Shown in pieces: positions 50,951 to 64,000 of a stretch of DNA of 64,000 nucleotides. The notes beneath the pieces were generated by a model. The model did no database searches and was not told where the DNA came from. It saw only the letters and a program-made list of their open reading frames with translations. Within the stretch, counting starts at the first letter, position 1. Each line of letters starts with the position of its first letter. Location of the stretch: the NCBI GenBank assembly GCA_024137785.1, contig JAHRHZ010000144.1, forward strand, positions 19,092,317 through 19,156,316, written 5' to 3'. The position numbers and the translations under genes were made by a program. The stretch comes from Ginglymostoma cirratum. Taxonomy: Eukaryota.

Positions 50951-51199
50951 CTTCTACAGAAGGTGGCATTTCTTCCAAGGACTCAACTTCCCTAAGAGTC
51001 ATTCCCTTTCCATTGGGAATTTCAGCTGGCACACTGTCTTCAGTTGATGATATGGCCTCCATATATTTGGAATCCTGAGCCTGGGTTCCAGCTTCTGCTT
51101 GCACTAAGTGCGCAGCAGACCACTGCTCTTGGACATGCTCTTGCTTAAGAGCTAGTGCTGGCTCCTCTTCATCAGACGCTGGACTCTCAACAACTTTTT
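50951..51199 (-). CDS. MAP2: MAP2 alternative exon (249 bp, EKVVESPASDEEEPAL...EEMPPSVE), positional equivalent of the MAP2a-specific exon 8
   Basis: cttcttcctttgagtag|AAAAAG...GTAGAAG|gtgtgt; 83 open acidic codons, phase 1-1; not in the ORF track; donor less certain. Confidence 0.7.
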
Positions 51200-51959
51200 C
51201 TACTCAAAGGAAGAAGTGGACATGTCAGGACAAGAGACAACACAGATGCTGTAACAAAACAGTTTTAATGGGACACTTTCAGCTCTGTTTTGAGGAAGTA
51301 ATCATGTCATTTAAATACAAATGACAAACAGAATTTAGTTAAATAACACTGCCTGAAGGGTGGTAAAAACATATTTGAGAGTAGCTTACAAAGGAGTTAA
51401 GCGTATATTTGAAAAAGAAAGATTTCTCAGGACCATGGATGAGATCGGCAGAGTTACTACTGGACAAACGCTTTCAAAGCACGAGCACAGCATAAGTAAA
51501 ATGGCATCACTTTCTTTGATTGCACGCATATATTTTCATTACTATGACAGAAATAGTATATTTCTTTTGACCAAATGCAATCCATCTCGGAATCTGTTTT
51601 CATTTTTAATCTGTTTTGATGGCAATTGCTTCTGTCAATTTAATTGGGAATTTAAAATCTACTAAAAATGGCAGAAATTCATGACAACAAAGTAATGGCT
51701 CATAGCTGCTATACTTAATTTCCTTTTAATGTTTCATTAGTAATTTCTAATGAAACGAGTAGACTCTTCCAGATTCAGATTTATAGATGTACAGTTTTGG
51801 TGTTTTTTGATGATTTATGGGTATATTTATTTCTAGCATGGTAAAATACCTGCAGGTCACACTAACATTTTATGTAGTTGTGATTAGTTTTGTGTGTCAC
51901 AAATTCACCTCCAGCTTTTTTTTTTTAAGTATCAATGAAAAAAAAAACACGCTCTATAC

Positions 51960-52940
51960 TGTTACGAAGCAGAGGTCGACACCTCTCGGATAACTAAAAC
52001 CAAAAGCCCCCATAGAAGCTCGCCTCACCTTGTAATCTGTTAAAGTAAATGTGAAAAGTGGTATAACCTGCCTCTCACTTCACAATCTGTTATAAAGGAG
52101 AGGTGAAATAAAATGAACTCCTGACAGTCACTCTACAATCAACAAATAACAATCTATTTATCTAACAAATAACAATTTATGTATCTAACTCTAACAGTTA
52201 ACAAATGAACAGAACTACTAACGAATCGAATAACTTCCCACCAACTACTAACTATTCCCAAATGAAACAAAATTCTAATAGCATGCTGTTCCAATAAATA
52301 CAAGTCCTACTTATATAAACCAAAGTAATAAGAAAAATAATTTAAAACTTAGTCTCTTAAAATTACAGCCAGGATAAGTCTTCTGGAATTTTCTTTGCCT
52401 TCTTTGCTGTTCTCCAGCCAGGAATGCCTTTCTCTGTTGAATTCGTGTGTCAGGAATATTAGCTAAGAGTACTGCTGTATCTTTAGCTTAGAAGATGGTT
52501 TTCAGAGAGCTTAGAGAATTCTGATCGAGTCAGTGATTCTTTGTTTTATAGCTGAGAGCTGTTCTCTTGGCAGATGACAGTTGACTCTCACACTGATTTT
52601 CAAATGCCCTCTTCTTTTATTCTCTTGATGACCTATTAATTTCTTACAGCAGGATTGGCCCTAGGTTGTCAAAACCATCAAATTTAAATTTAGTTGGGTT
52701 TTGGTATCTAGGCCCCGGTTTAAATTAATTGGTTAAGTTCAAAAACCTGTTGTCTTGGTAAAAAGGCTGCTTTTCCTGCTAACGGTATAGCTTTTTGATA
52801 CAGTGTTTCAATTTCAAGAACTCTGTGCATCTATTTCTGCCTGCAGACATTTTTTTTAAACCTCCAGGCCTTAAAAATAACATTTTTAAAGGGACCGTGT
52901 GCTCTTCCCCCTATCATTTTACAAACATCAAATTCTAACA
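51960..52940. mobile_element. Putative solo LTR
   Basis: About 1 kb non-coding block starting TGTTAC and ending TAACA; no convincing TSD. Confidence 0.35.
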
Positions 52941-55172
52941 TCCTGCCTTCCAATCCACAAACACTCTCCCCAACTTCGCAATAATACACTAAGAAGAACT
53001 TTCACAAAATAGTTTTCCAGATTTGCAAGCGAAGGGTCAACTTCCACAAATGCAAAGCAGGATGTTTTCTCAAGTGAGATATACACACGTCCTCAACATG
53101 ACAGACTTTACATGGCTTTTACTGGATATACTAACACGTGTACATTTTACTGAACAGAACAATATTGCCTGAAACCAACTTTATTTGCATTGTAAAGAGG
53201 GCACTCCTGTCAATTATTCATTTTTGCACAGTTTAACTGTGCTTTGAATCTAATTTTGTACATTTTGCAGCAGACTTTAGCTTAAAATTATTAAATGTGA
53301 ATTGTGGGAGGCATTGGGATTCTTTACTAAAGAAGAATTTTAAGAACCCACTGTGTCTTCACATTTACTGACCCGTAAGGCAGATTCTGCACTCTTACTA
53401 ATTGTGTGTCAAATTTAAAGCAACTTCCAGCACTTTATTTTACAAATACATATGGCTTATTTAATAATTATACCCCTTTTAAAAGAACTGTTATCAGATT
53501 TGCAACAAACAGCACAATATTTTAATAGCCATGCTTCATGTCATCAAAACATTGTATGTGAATGAAAAACATATTTGACTTGTAGTTTCTGATTTCATGG
53601 TGAATTATTACGAGCTGACACTTTCTCGTGTAATATGGTACAGTATTTTGCCAGTTCAACACCGCAAATAAATTAGTGTCACAGGCCAAGAGCTGAAAGT
53701 GTTTCAGTGATTTACATCAATACTGGAATGAAAATAATTTAGCATGCCAGAAATGAAAGCTATGTGGAGCACTCACATATTTAGTGCAGCATTAGGTGAA
53801 AAACATTGTGAATAAAATAACAGTTAAGTGCACTGAATTCATGATTCATGCACTGTTTTATCCAATGTAGGAAGTCCCCAGCTTAGTTCTAGTCACATGC
53901 TGAATACTGTTAAAGCCAGAATGTTTGTGTGGTAATTTTTTTAACTATGTTACTTTTGACATATCAAATAAAAGCTATGAACTTATATTCATTTCTCAAT
54001 TAGGTAGTAAATTATTGTGGGTATTTTGGTTTTATTTTCTTGAATCATTTGGGGTGATTGTGCTCAAATTGAGAGATGTCACTAAAAGACAATGGAACAG
54101 GTTTCGACTTGATTCTGCTGAGTTTTATCATCAGGTCAGCTTGGATGCAGTGTGAAACTGCCTTCTACATTACTCTGGCATCTGTCTATACATGAAGCTA
54201 TTTTCCACATCAAAATTAATTTAGAGGCAGCTTTGTATCATCAGTTACCTCTCACTAAGTGGAGTCAGGCTGTCTAACTGATCATAAAGCCTAAGGTGTT
54301 AGCAATTTTGGCGCAAAAATACAATGGTAACTTAAGATCAGAAACTTGCAGGTTTTGAAAATTAACATTACAGTAATCTTTCCCCAGGAAGCAATTAGGT
54401 GGCACATTCCACATGGATTCTTTATGGCACTAACTGTAAACCATTGGGTATTCTATCTACTTTGGGTACTATTCTTTAAAAATAATAAACTTGTACGCAG
54501 ACTTTGGAAAACCTGCACGTTTCAATGCCTCCATTGTACGAAAAAATATATTTTATGGAAGATATGAAAATATTTATCAAAATATATATTTTGTAAAACA
54601 CAATGTTTTTGTCTACGGAATTGAGATATGCAGGCTTTTGAAAGTGAACTTTTTTTTAAAGAAAGGAACAGGTAATTTTCTATCATGCTTTAATATGTTA
54701 GCTAAGTTTTTTTGTTCTTGCACTTATCAACCTTAGATGTTCCATTAAAATTAGTGGGATGGAGAAGAGGATCATACAAAATTGGAAGACCATAAACTCA
54801 AACTCTTAATATTGAGTATGTATGATCTAATTTTCACTGAAATTCTTAATACGTATTTGTACATTAAAAATTCAAATATAATACGCAGAATTACGTATTA
54901 GGCATTCTCCACATGTAATACAAAAGTGAATCAAAATTTAATCTAGCTTCATGGTTACCTACAAAATAGCTTGTGTGTCTGCAATGGACTTTTTTATGTA
55001 TTAATTCAGAACTTTGCCAAATGTGTTTGGAAAATTAGCCCTTTTTGAAGTGGTTTTTAAGTGTGCAAGGGACTTCACTCCCATGTGGAACAAAACAATT
55101 GGACTGGTGAATTCATGCAAGACAAAACCAAAGGGAGGGAGAACAATAAGAAAGGAACCATGCTTGGTTCAC

Positions 55173-55415
55173 CTTTGTCCTGACTATACAACTCATCTGC
55201 CTGTTGAACTGTGGCACTGGGGAGTGTACTAGTGGCAGTCCATTGTGAACTGAATAAAGGATGCTCATAGTACTCCTCATCAGAATTGTAAGGCTCTTCG
55301 TCGTGAACAGAAACAGAAATGGAGGGGGCTAGGAGTTTGCGCTTCTCCTGAGTGGTGGCAGGCTGATAGCTTGAGCACCTTTGGAGAGGTTTTGCCTTAA
55401 CCTCAATCCCTACAT
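55173..55415 (-). CDS. MAP2: MAP2 alternative exon (243 bp, DVGIEV...LAPSISVSVHDEEPYNSDEEYYEHPLFS...QDK)
   Basis: tgtctatttgtag|ATGTAG...GACAAAG|gtgaac, phase 1-1, open frame within ORF 55075..55461; resembles a motif recalled from fish MAP2 isoforms. Confidence 0.8.
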
Positions 55416-55619
55416 CTACAAATAGACACAGGGGTAATTCGACAAACAGACACAGGTTCACAACAAATACATCAGCTAAGTGTGATGAAACTAGCCATGA
55501 AGCAAATACTCAAGTCCTCATGAAATAAGTAGATCAGTGCTTACCTAGGAAGAGAGCACGGTTAAATTATGCATTTAAAAATTCAAGGCCATAACAAGAC
55601 TTAAACAAATACTGACCTC

Positions 55620-56915
55620 AGCAAAGCTCCAATAGTCATCTAATGCGTAAGCCTATGCTACATGCGTCTGTATGTAAAGAACAATGGCGAACTACTGACA
55701 CCAAACTTGGAAGTACTGTGAACTTTGAGGGTAATAATAGACGGAAGCAGGCTGGTGGTATGAGCAGATGCATGCAGAGTGAAGTTCAGTGCAAGGAATC
55801 ATGAAATGAACCACTTTGGTAGGAAGGATGAGAAATAATAGAATATAAAGAATACATTTCTAAAAATCATTCAACACATGAGAGACCTGGAGTTTTAAGT
55901 GCACAAATATTTGAAGGTGGCAGGGTAGCAAGACAGTGTTAATAAGGCAATTGGGATCCTTGGTTATATAAATAAAGGCATTGGGAAGGATGCTATTCAG
56001 GCTTTATGGTCCCAATAACACCCCAAATTCACACCTGCCAACAAGGGGACTGACTCAGCAACTTTTTTTTTTACTTTTCTGGAAACATCCAGCAGGATCA
56101 CTGTACAATTAAAGTAGTGAGCTCCTGAGAAGTAGGTTCTGCTGAGGCAGCTCAGGGATCGAGGGGGCACCCCCAACAGGGAAGCATCCACGGACAGTAT
56201 GTAAAAGGTTAACAGTGGGCCAAGCAGGCAGCCTACTCTGGATGGCTCCTTTGGACTGTGATGGACAGCATCCCTTGCCTGCAGTGTCCTTTATCTTAAC
56301 ATGATTCCACCAGCTCAAACTGCTTCCTGCACGGCCACAGGCACATGCCTAATACTGCATCTAAGAAATGTCTAATCTAAATGACTGCCCAATTCTGTCT
56401 GGCACTTAGCCACTTTGAATACGATTTGATTGGTAATACACTCGAGATTTTGACCATAGTTCCAGGGTGAGAGATTTCAGTTACGTGGATAGGTTGGCTG
56501 GGCCTATTGTATTTCAAGAAAAGAAGCTGGCGAAAAGATTTCACAGTCACGCTCAAAATCATGAGAGCTCGACTCAGGGTGCATAAAGAGAATTCAGTCC
56601 CATTGGCAGAAAGGTCAAGAACTGGACAACAGTGAGGTGAGGCACATGGCAAAAAAATAATGGTGACACGAGGACAATTCTTACAGAGCAAGAGTTTCAG
56701 ATCGTAAACATACAGCCTGAAAGTGCAGCAGAATCACATTCAATTGTGATTTGCAGAGGGAGCTAGAAATTCTCTGGAGAAAATTTTAGGATGACAGGGG
56801 AAGGGCAGGGGAGTGTGAAGAGCTGAGTTGCTCTTTTGGAGAGCCAGTAAAGAATCTGAAAAGCCAACTGGCTGGCAAATAAGCTGTAACCAATTTGTAA
56901 TTCTGTGTTTCTAGA
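55620..56915 (+). mobile_element. CR1 LINE 3' fragment interrupted by a GC-richer insert (about 56000-56400)
   Basis: DTKLG, HFGRK, RDLGV remnants; CR1-type tail gctgtaaccaatttgtaattctgtg. Confidence 0.55.
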
Positions 56916-57299
56916 CTGTAATGGATTACTTTCCGGTGCATCATTTACTTGTTAACCACAAATATTTTACTTTCTAGTATAATTTTATGTTCCTTCTACA
57001 TGTGAAACTTGAACTTGCCTCTATGAATACTAATTGTTTTTAACTGTTTTCGTTTTTTTGTTACAGAATTCAAAATCCTATTTAGCAGCACACGAGAAGT
57101 ACAAATTGTCACAGAGATATCTTCTAATAGTTGACTTTCTATTTTGAACAGTGAACAAATTTAACAGCATGGGAGTCAAATTCAGAAATCAGAAACAGGT
57201 GGTCTGAAACATTGCCCCATAGTTTAACTTTATTTAATCAAAACCCATTTGGTCCAATTGACTTTTTCTAGCAGTGAAAACAAATCATAAAAGATAACT

Positions 57300-57834
57300 G
57301 CCTAAAAAGCAGTTTTGGCAACATGGCAACAGAGCAGAGCGCTCCTCCTGTTCTTTCCGTTTCGTTTCTTCTCTCTCTTTTTAGCAGCCCTGCAGCAGCA
57401 CGCAGGGGAGCCTGAGTCCCGGAGCAGTGCCAGGGGAACAAGTCCTGGAGGTGCGTAAGGGGAAGCAAGTCCTGGAGCAATGCAACTTACTTTGGTGCAG
57501 CTGAGTATCAGTGCAGAGTGGACTGGAGGTTTGGAGCAGAACGGGACAGTTGTTGGACTCAGGCATGGCACGGGTGGTCAGATCATGTGCTGAGCTGCTG
57601 CTGTTTGAAATTCTTTACCAGACTGTCATGTCAATCCTTTAGCTATGTTATAACTATCTTAATTTTAACTCATTTTTTAGACACTAAGTAACGCTACTTC
57701 TTTTCCTCTTATTGTTCTTTTGTTTCTAAGATTTGTACCTAGGTAATGGTACCATTAAAGGCAACCACTGTAAAAACTTTTCACTGTACTCCAGTACTGG
57801 AGTACATGTGACAATAAAGGATATTCTATTCTAA
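57300..57834 (+). mobile_element. Short non-LTR element with an L2/Rex1-like tail
   Basis: Ends ttttcactgtactc..gagtacatgtgacaataaa..(attct)n; perfect 22-bp palindrome 57785-57806. Confidence 0.45.
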
Positions 57835-58409
57835 GATGTGAAGGAAACAAAAAAAAAATAGGATTTAAAAGAGCTTGCATAGTCTTTCATTCCCTGACAA
57901 AAGGACAAAACCTGCAACTAGCTCTCCTCACACTTGAGCTTATCATCAAAATGAAACACATGTACAAATTTATCTTAGGTGATAACTGCACGTTCTGTTG
58001 ATATATTACTCTCAATACAAAGGAAGTATTCCAAATCATGTGATAAAAAACAGTATTTTCTCAAGGAAGTTTTGAACTGAAGTGATTGCAATGATATGTT
58101 ATTGTTTTGCCTTGCACATCCCAGATATTATTGTTATTCAATTACTGCATGGCCAGTTTCATCCACTAATGTAGGTCAAATGCCAATATGTTAATCCTCG
58201 CAAACCATCCAAATGTTTCAATGAAAACATGGAAACATTGAAAAATTCAGTGGTTAGAACAAAAAACACATTTTATTTTAAAATTGGATTAGAATTGCTT
58301 CTAATCAACAATTTATTCACACACATGCATAAAAACAAAAACTTTTTCAACAGTCAAAATCAATTTATTGGTTTCAGTGCTCAGAGGTATGACCACACTA
58401 TTCTCTTAC

Positions 58410-58484
58410 CTTTCTCCGCTGGTCCAAAGTGCTCGGATGCTGGAGAAGGTGGTGGGGATGGTGGTAAATTGGCAGAGTCTTCTA
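58410..58484 (-). CDS. MAP2: MAP2 coding exon (75 bp, VEDSANLPPSPPPSPASEHFGPAEK), most 5' exon in the window
   Basis: Minus strand ttaaacag|TAGAAG...GAGAAAG|gtaaga, phase 1-1; matches the MAP2 motif ANLPPSPPPSPASE. Confidence 0.93.
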
Positions 58485-59899
58485 CTGTTTAATTAAAAAG
58501 AACAAAATGAGAAACAGATGCTTTAGTAGGAAACCAATAATAATTTGAACATCACTATATAACTTTTTAATCCGCGTGATAAAAACTCTTTATAAACTAA
58601 ACGGATTTTATCAGTGCCAGGATGAAACAAGATAGAACAGTGAAGTTGACAGCCTGTATCACAAAGTTGAATTTTGTTTTTTGTTGGTCATTTGTGGGAC
58701 ATGGACACTGCTGGCTGGCCAGCATTTACTGCCTGCCCCTAGTTACCCTTGAGAAAGTGGTGGAGAGCTGCCTTATTGAACCGCTTCCGTCTATCTTGTT
58801 GCTGATAGTAAAGTCCCACCAGTGGCAAGGAAAGCAGGATGAAATCCCACTTTGGCTGTTTGCTGGACGCCTCGATAAACTTTTACCAGAACTGGGGCTC
58901 CGTTAAAGATGGCAGCCACCCTAGATGGTCAGCAGCACTCTAGCTAGTGGCAACTGGGCTGGAGCATCTCAGTGGCAGGGCGTCCTGAGTGACAGGTCAG
59001 TGTGGTTGAGTGAAGGCAGCCAGTAAGAACGGTTAGGGCATAGGGTTCAGTGGGCCATAGAGCACCCATTAACGTCAGCACCTTGAGGAACCCACTGGGT
59101 CTTTCCTGGATCTCCTCATGAGGTGGTGGGTAATGGCCCTCAATTGAGCAGTCAAGTAGTTCAGGTGACTGCACAGTGGTCAGGTGAATCACTAGATTCC
59201 CCATCATTGGGAATACAACTTAGCAGTGGCAAGACATTGGGCTTCCCTACTGAAGCCTCCTTCTACCTTTCAATCAGTGAAAAGGGAAAATTCTGCCATA
59301 ATGTGCTGACAAATGGCCATCAATCCAGGATATGAACTTTGTTTGCTCTCCACACATGCATCTCCAGCATTTCCTGATTTTATGAAGAGAGGTGGTAGGG
59401 AGACATTGACCAATATATTTGCCGGCAGGCAAGGGAATAACATTGGTGACCTTGATGTTATGCTCCTGCTTAATACTGTTTGTTTCCTTCTAGTGTCTCA
59501 AGTTGGGAATACCTCTACAGGAAATGAATGGACATGATTCCAGGCATATCTGGTTAGAAGTGTGGGGTGGGGGCGGGGTGCGGGGCAGCGCTGGGTGCAC
59601 AATTATTTTGTCTGGAACAGTCTTATCCTGTAAAAAAACTGAGTACTATAATGGACGTACTGATAACTGAAAATGGTTACACGATCATGGTTCTATCTCC
59701 CACATAATTATGCTGGTGCTTAATCAGGAAATTAAATGATGGTAAATTTATCTAATTGTCCTGATTATACAATATGCTCAAAAGTCATGTAATTGTTTAA
59801 AATTGCCTCAGGGGTGGTTAGCAAAGAAGACAGTTACACAAATACATATTAAATCATTCAAATGCATAATTTAATTAATTCATACGTATTATGCTTAAA

Positions 59900-62390
59900 T
59901 CTCAATAGGGAGGACTTTTCTTTCCCCTCCGAGCATAGTAAGTCTATGGAATTCTTCACCTCAGAGGCCTGTAGAAGCTGAATAGTTAAGTATATTCAAA
60001 GCTGAGATGGATAGATTTTTAATCAGTAAGGGAAAGGAGGGTTATGGGGAAAAAGGCAGAAAAGTCAAATTTGGATTATCAGACTAATCATGATCTCATT
60101 GAATGTTAGAACAGACTTGAGAGTTTGAATGGCCTACTTCTAATCCAACATTTTATGGTCTTCATAAATACATAATACATTACAAAATAATCCTTAAAAT
60201 TTCAGTTAAGATAGATATGAATTTTTGGGAGGAGAGAAAATGACAGCGACAACACATTACCTTCCTCAGCACACCAGGAGAAGACAAATTATCTACTAGG
60301 AAAGAAGATAATCGAAGAGCTAATGAGAGTGAGGAGCCCAAGATAATTAATACCAGAGAAAAAGCATTGGAGATTATTGAGGAGACTAAATCTTAACTAA
60401 TCTTTAGACTTGGAGTCAGTGGCCATTCAGTCCATTGAGTCCATGCTATTCTCAGCAGATCAAATCAGCCAAGTCCACTGCCCTACTCAATTCCTGTAGC
60501 CCTGCAAATTTATTCAAATCAAGTGCCTATCTTTTTGCACTCTTGTCTTTCAGTTCCTTTTCTCAGGTTTTCTGTATCTATCTCTTCCAATTTGTCTTAA
60601 CTTTGTGATCAGTAGAAGTCCCTCAATTCGTGGGTTACATCGACTCAGGACAGGGAACTCTTGTCATGGGTATTCATGTGGCTAAACAGGCCAATTCCTG
60701 ACCTCCTGATCTTTGGGCACATGTGTTGTGCAGCCCATGAGGTTGTAGGAGCCAAAATGTAGTATTTGTTTTCTTTGCTTTTCTTCTCTGTCGCTGCTGC
60801 GCCTCATCATGAGGATATTGTCACTCAAACCATGGTTAACTACACAAGTTAAAAATAGCATTAAAATTAAAAGAAAAAGCACATAATTACTCAGGCACAG
60901 GTTCCAAGTCTGAGAACTGAATAGAATATAAAAGGAAAGCAAAGAATGACTAATAATTAATGTGGGGATAGTTAGAGAACAAGATAAAGCTAGCCAGTAA
61001 TATAGAAACTGAGTTTCCATAAATAAAAAGTGATTCTTGAGAATTAATAATGGGAAATGAGGAGATGACAAATGAATTAAAACATATATGTTGTACAAGT
61101 GTTCTCTTTAGACAGCGCAACTAACATCCCAGAAGTAGCGATAAATCAAGAAATGGAAGAAAAGGATAAACTCATATAAATTACAACCACCGGAGAAGTG
61201 GTCCTGAATGAATTGCTAAAGCCACAGACTGGCATGTGCCAAGTCCTTATGGACTTCATCCTAGAGCCTGAAAGAACTGTCCAGAGTTCATTGATGTAAT
61301 GATTTTCATTTTCCAAAACTGTTGATTTAGGGATGGTCTCTTTTCATTGGAAGGGAATGTAACTCCTTTCATCCAAAATGTGGAGATGACAGAAAGTGGG
61401 AAATTGCAAGCAAGTTAGCTTAACATCTGCCAAAGGGGAAGTGTTAAAAACTATTGTAGTGATAGCAAGGCACTTGAATCTGTTCAACAGGGAGATTTGC
61501 AAGGATAAATCCAAAGGCCAAAGGTGTGCAAATTAGGTGGATTGGCCATGCTAACTTACCCATAATGATCAGGAATGTGTAGGTTAGGTGCATTAGCCAT
61601 AGGAAATGCAGGGTTAAAGGGGTAGGGGAATGGATCTGGGTGGGATGTTCTGCGGAGGGTTGGTGTGGACTTATTGGGCCAAATGGCCTGTTTCCATGCT
61701 GTGGAGATTCTAATCTATTCTCATATTTCACTAATCTATTAGAGGTCTTTGAGGAAGTAATGTGCTGTGGATAAAGGGGAACGGATGAAGGTACTGTAAT
61801 TGGATTTCATGAAGGCATCTGACAAAATTGCAACTTCAAATGTCATTACAGAAAGTAAAAATGAATGGTGTAGAGGTAGTGTCTTGGGGTAGATGGAAGA
61901 TTATCTAACGGGAAGCACAGAGTAGACATATATGGCTCTTTTTCAGGTTAGCAAGATGTAACAAGTGGTATGCCACAGAGACCAGTGTTGGTACTTCACT
62001 ATTTATAATTTATCCAAATGGATTCAGATGAAGCTGCAGTTGCCAGGTTTGCTAATTACTCAAATATATTTAGGAAAGTAAGTCTGAAGGTGGCCTGAGG
62101 AGATAACCAGGGATACACAGCAGTTCAACGAGTGAACAAAAACATGGAAAATGGAGAATGGGGCAAAGTATGAAATTGTCCATTTTGGCAAGGATGAGAA
62201 AGCATTGTCTACGTGGAGAGAGATTGCAGAACTGTGATTCAGTGGGTTCTGGGTATCCTGATGCATTAACTGTAGGCACAGTAAATAATTAGGAAAGCCA
62301 ATAAAACATTAAAGTTTATCATAACAGGAACTGAATAGAAAAGTAGGCAGGCTATGCTTAAGTTAAACAGGACGCTGGCGAGACGGTCTA
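59900..62390 (+). mobile_element. Decayed CR1 LINE pieces
   Basis: LDFMKASDK, SGMPQRPVL, VHFGK remnants; CR1 tail 59900-60165. Confidence 0.55.
61510..61721 (+). mobile_element. V-SINE 3' half nested in CR1
   Basis: ttaggtggattggccatgc...ggcctgtttccatgctgtggagattcta. Confidence 0.8.
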
Positions 62391-62459
62391 TTTCTGCTCT
62401 TTGTTCATATGTAATGAATGACGTAACTGTTAACAGTCCTCATAATTCACAGAAAGCTT

Positions 62460-63210
62460 TTCCTAGTCATTAATTTCAATGATATGGTGTTTCAAGGAGA
62501 ACTTCAGCATGTCTTTGGAACCTTTTCTCTGCCTGTTCCTGAAATAATGGCCATTTAAGAAATGCAGAACAGGACATCCAGTTCATTGAATTTGAATTTT
62601 TAAGCGAGTTGTCTGATTGATTGTGGCACTGGCTTCATGAAGGATGCATACGTTTGTTCACTAGAACTCCCTCATTGAATCTGAAGCATGTAGAAAAGTA
62701 TTGCTGAAAAAAATTAGTCCAGCTCTTTTACAAATTGGGACTACACTATCCTGGTGTTGCCGCAGTACAGGAGTATAGTGACAGCAACTGCACTGCACTG
62801 CACTCCAGGTCTTTCTACGTCTTACTGGAGTCTTGCACGTCAAATACTGACTGCTGTAGTTTGAAGAGGTGTTGGCATAGCTGATCAACATCATCAATGT
62901 TGGCTACCAAGGGAAGTGTTCAACATATACAAGAGTCTGCCTTTCAACATTAAAGGAAGTCAAATGTTTTTCCTGACCAGGGGTAGGTGGACATGAGTTT
63001 TGATTTGGCACCATTCAAGGACAAGCCAAGTTTGTCGTAGGCAAAATTGAAGAGATTGAGAGTGGTCTTCATGTTGGGTTCAGTAACGAATGGCACTGCA
63101 GTTATCTGCAGTACATTGCAGATCATATATTTTTAACTTGGACAAATTAGCTTTGGCATGAAAACAAACCAGGTCAAAACGATTTCCATCTAGACAGTTT
63201 TAGAACTGAC
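62460..63210 (-). mobile_element. RTE-like LINE RT fragment
   Basis: Minus-strand remnants ADNC, YDKLGLSLNGAKSKLM, LGS. Confidence 0.45.
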
Positions 63211-63216
63211 ACCACG

Positions 63217-64000
63217 GAGTTATAAAGATATCCAGCACGGAAAAAGACCCTTCGGTCCATCTCGTCCATGTCGACCAGCTATCCTATATAAATCTAGTCC
63301 CATTTGCCAGTATTTGGCCCATATCACTCTAAACCCCTCCTACTTACGTACCCATCCAGATGGCTTTTAAATGTTGTTATCGGACCGGCCTCCACCAGCT
63401 CCTCTGGCAGCTCATTCCATACATGCACCACGCTCTGCATGAAAAAAACTGCCCCTTATGTCCCTTTTAAATCTTTTCCCCTCTCACCTTAAATCTATGC
63501 CCTCCAATTTTGGACTCCCCCACCCCAGTGAAAAGACCTTGGCTGTTTACCCTATCTTTGCCCTTCATTATTTTATAAACCTCAATTAGGTCACCCCTCA
63601 GCCTCCAATGCTCCAGAGAAAATAGCTCCAGCCTATTCAGCCTCTCCCTTTAGCTCAAACCCTGGCTACATCCTTTTTGAACCCTTTCAAGTTTCACAAC
63701 ATCCTTCCTATAGCAGAGAGACCAGAATTGCACACAATATTCCAATAGCAGCCTAACCAATGTCTTGTACAGTCGCAACATGACCTCCCAACTTGTATAC
63801 TCAATGCACTGATTTTAAAAGAAAGCATTCTAAACACCTTCCTCACTATCCTATCTACCTGCAACTCCACTTTCAAGGAACTATGAACCTGCACTCTAAG
63901 GTCTCTTTGTTCAGCAACACTTCCCAGGGCCTTACCATTAAAAGTCCTGCCCTGACATGCCTTTCCAAAATACAGCACCTCACATTTATCTAAATTAAAC
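63217..64000 (-). mobile_element. CR1/HER1-type LINE 3' end, relatively well preserved, runs off the window
   Basis: ORF 63694..63978 YFGKACQGRTFNGKALGSVAEQRDLRVQVHSSLKV; tail ggaccgaagggtctttttccgtgctg. Confidence 0.85.

Noticed and set aside
57785-57806. Perfect 22-bp palindrome
   Set aside because: Explained as the 3' stem-loop of the surrounding retroelement tail.
1-64000. CRISPR arrays, tRNA or rRNA genes, prokaryotic operons
   Set aside because: The DNA is eukaryotic and largely intronic; tRNA-like boxes belong to SINE heads, and no spaced repeat arrays or rRNA were seen.

Overview
Vertebrate DNA, most likely a shark (inferred from the V-SINE/HE1-type SINEs, CR1/HER1-type LINEs and Penelope-type repeats). 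The window holds the 3' part of MAP2 (microtubule-associated protein 2) on the minus strand: 14 coding exons with GT-AG borders and matching phases from 58484 down to the stop at 8205, including a 4443-bp projection-domain exon and four tau/MAP repeats, then a ~2 kb 3'UTR. The N-terminal exons lie beyond the window. Most short ORFs in the track are noise or decayed transposon fragments. Main observations: (1) a near full-length, decayed R2-clade retrotransposon (3 zinc fingers, Myb, RT, CCHC, restriction-like endonuclease) with an HDV-like ribozyme 5' end and a structured 3'UTR, lying in a MAP2 intron with no 28S rDNA flanks; (2) a candidate 35-nt microexon plus a 67-nt alternative acceptor that restore the MAP2 frame when used together; (3) minimal hammerhead-ribozyme motifs in Penelope-type termini, several sense to the MAP2 pre-mRNA; (4) degenerate ~44-aa repeats in the projection domain; (5) a fossil two-gene PIF/Harbinger transposon just past the MAP2 3' end. 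All calls were made by eye; family assignments and mammalian exon numbers come from recalled motifs, not database searches.
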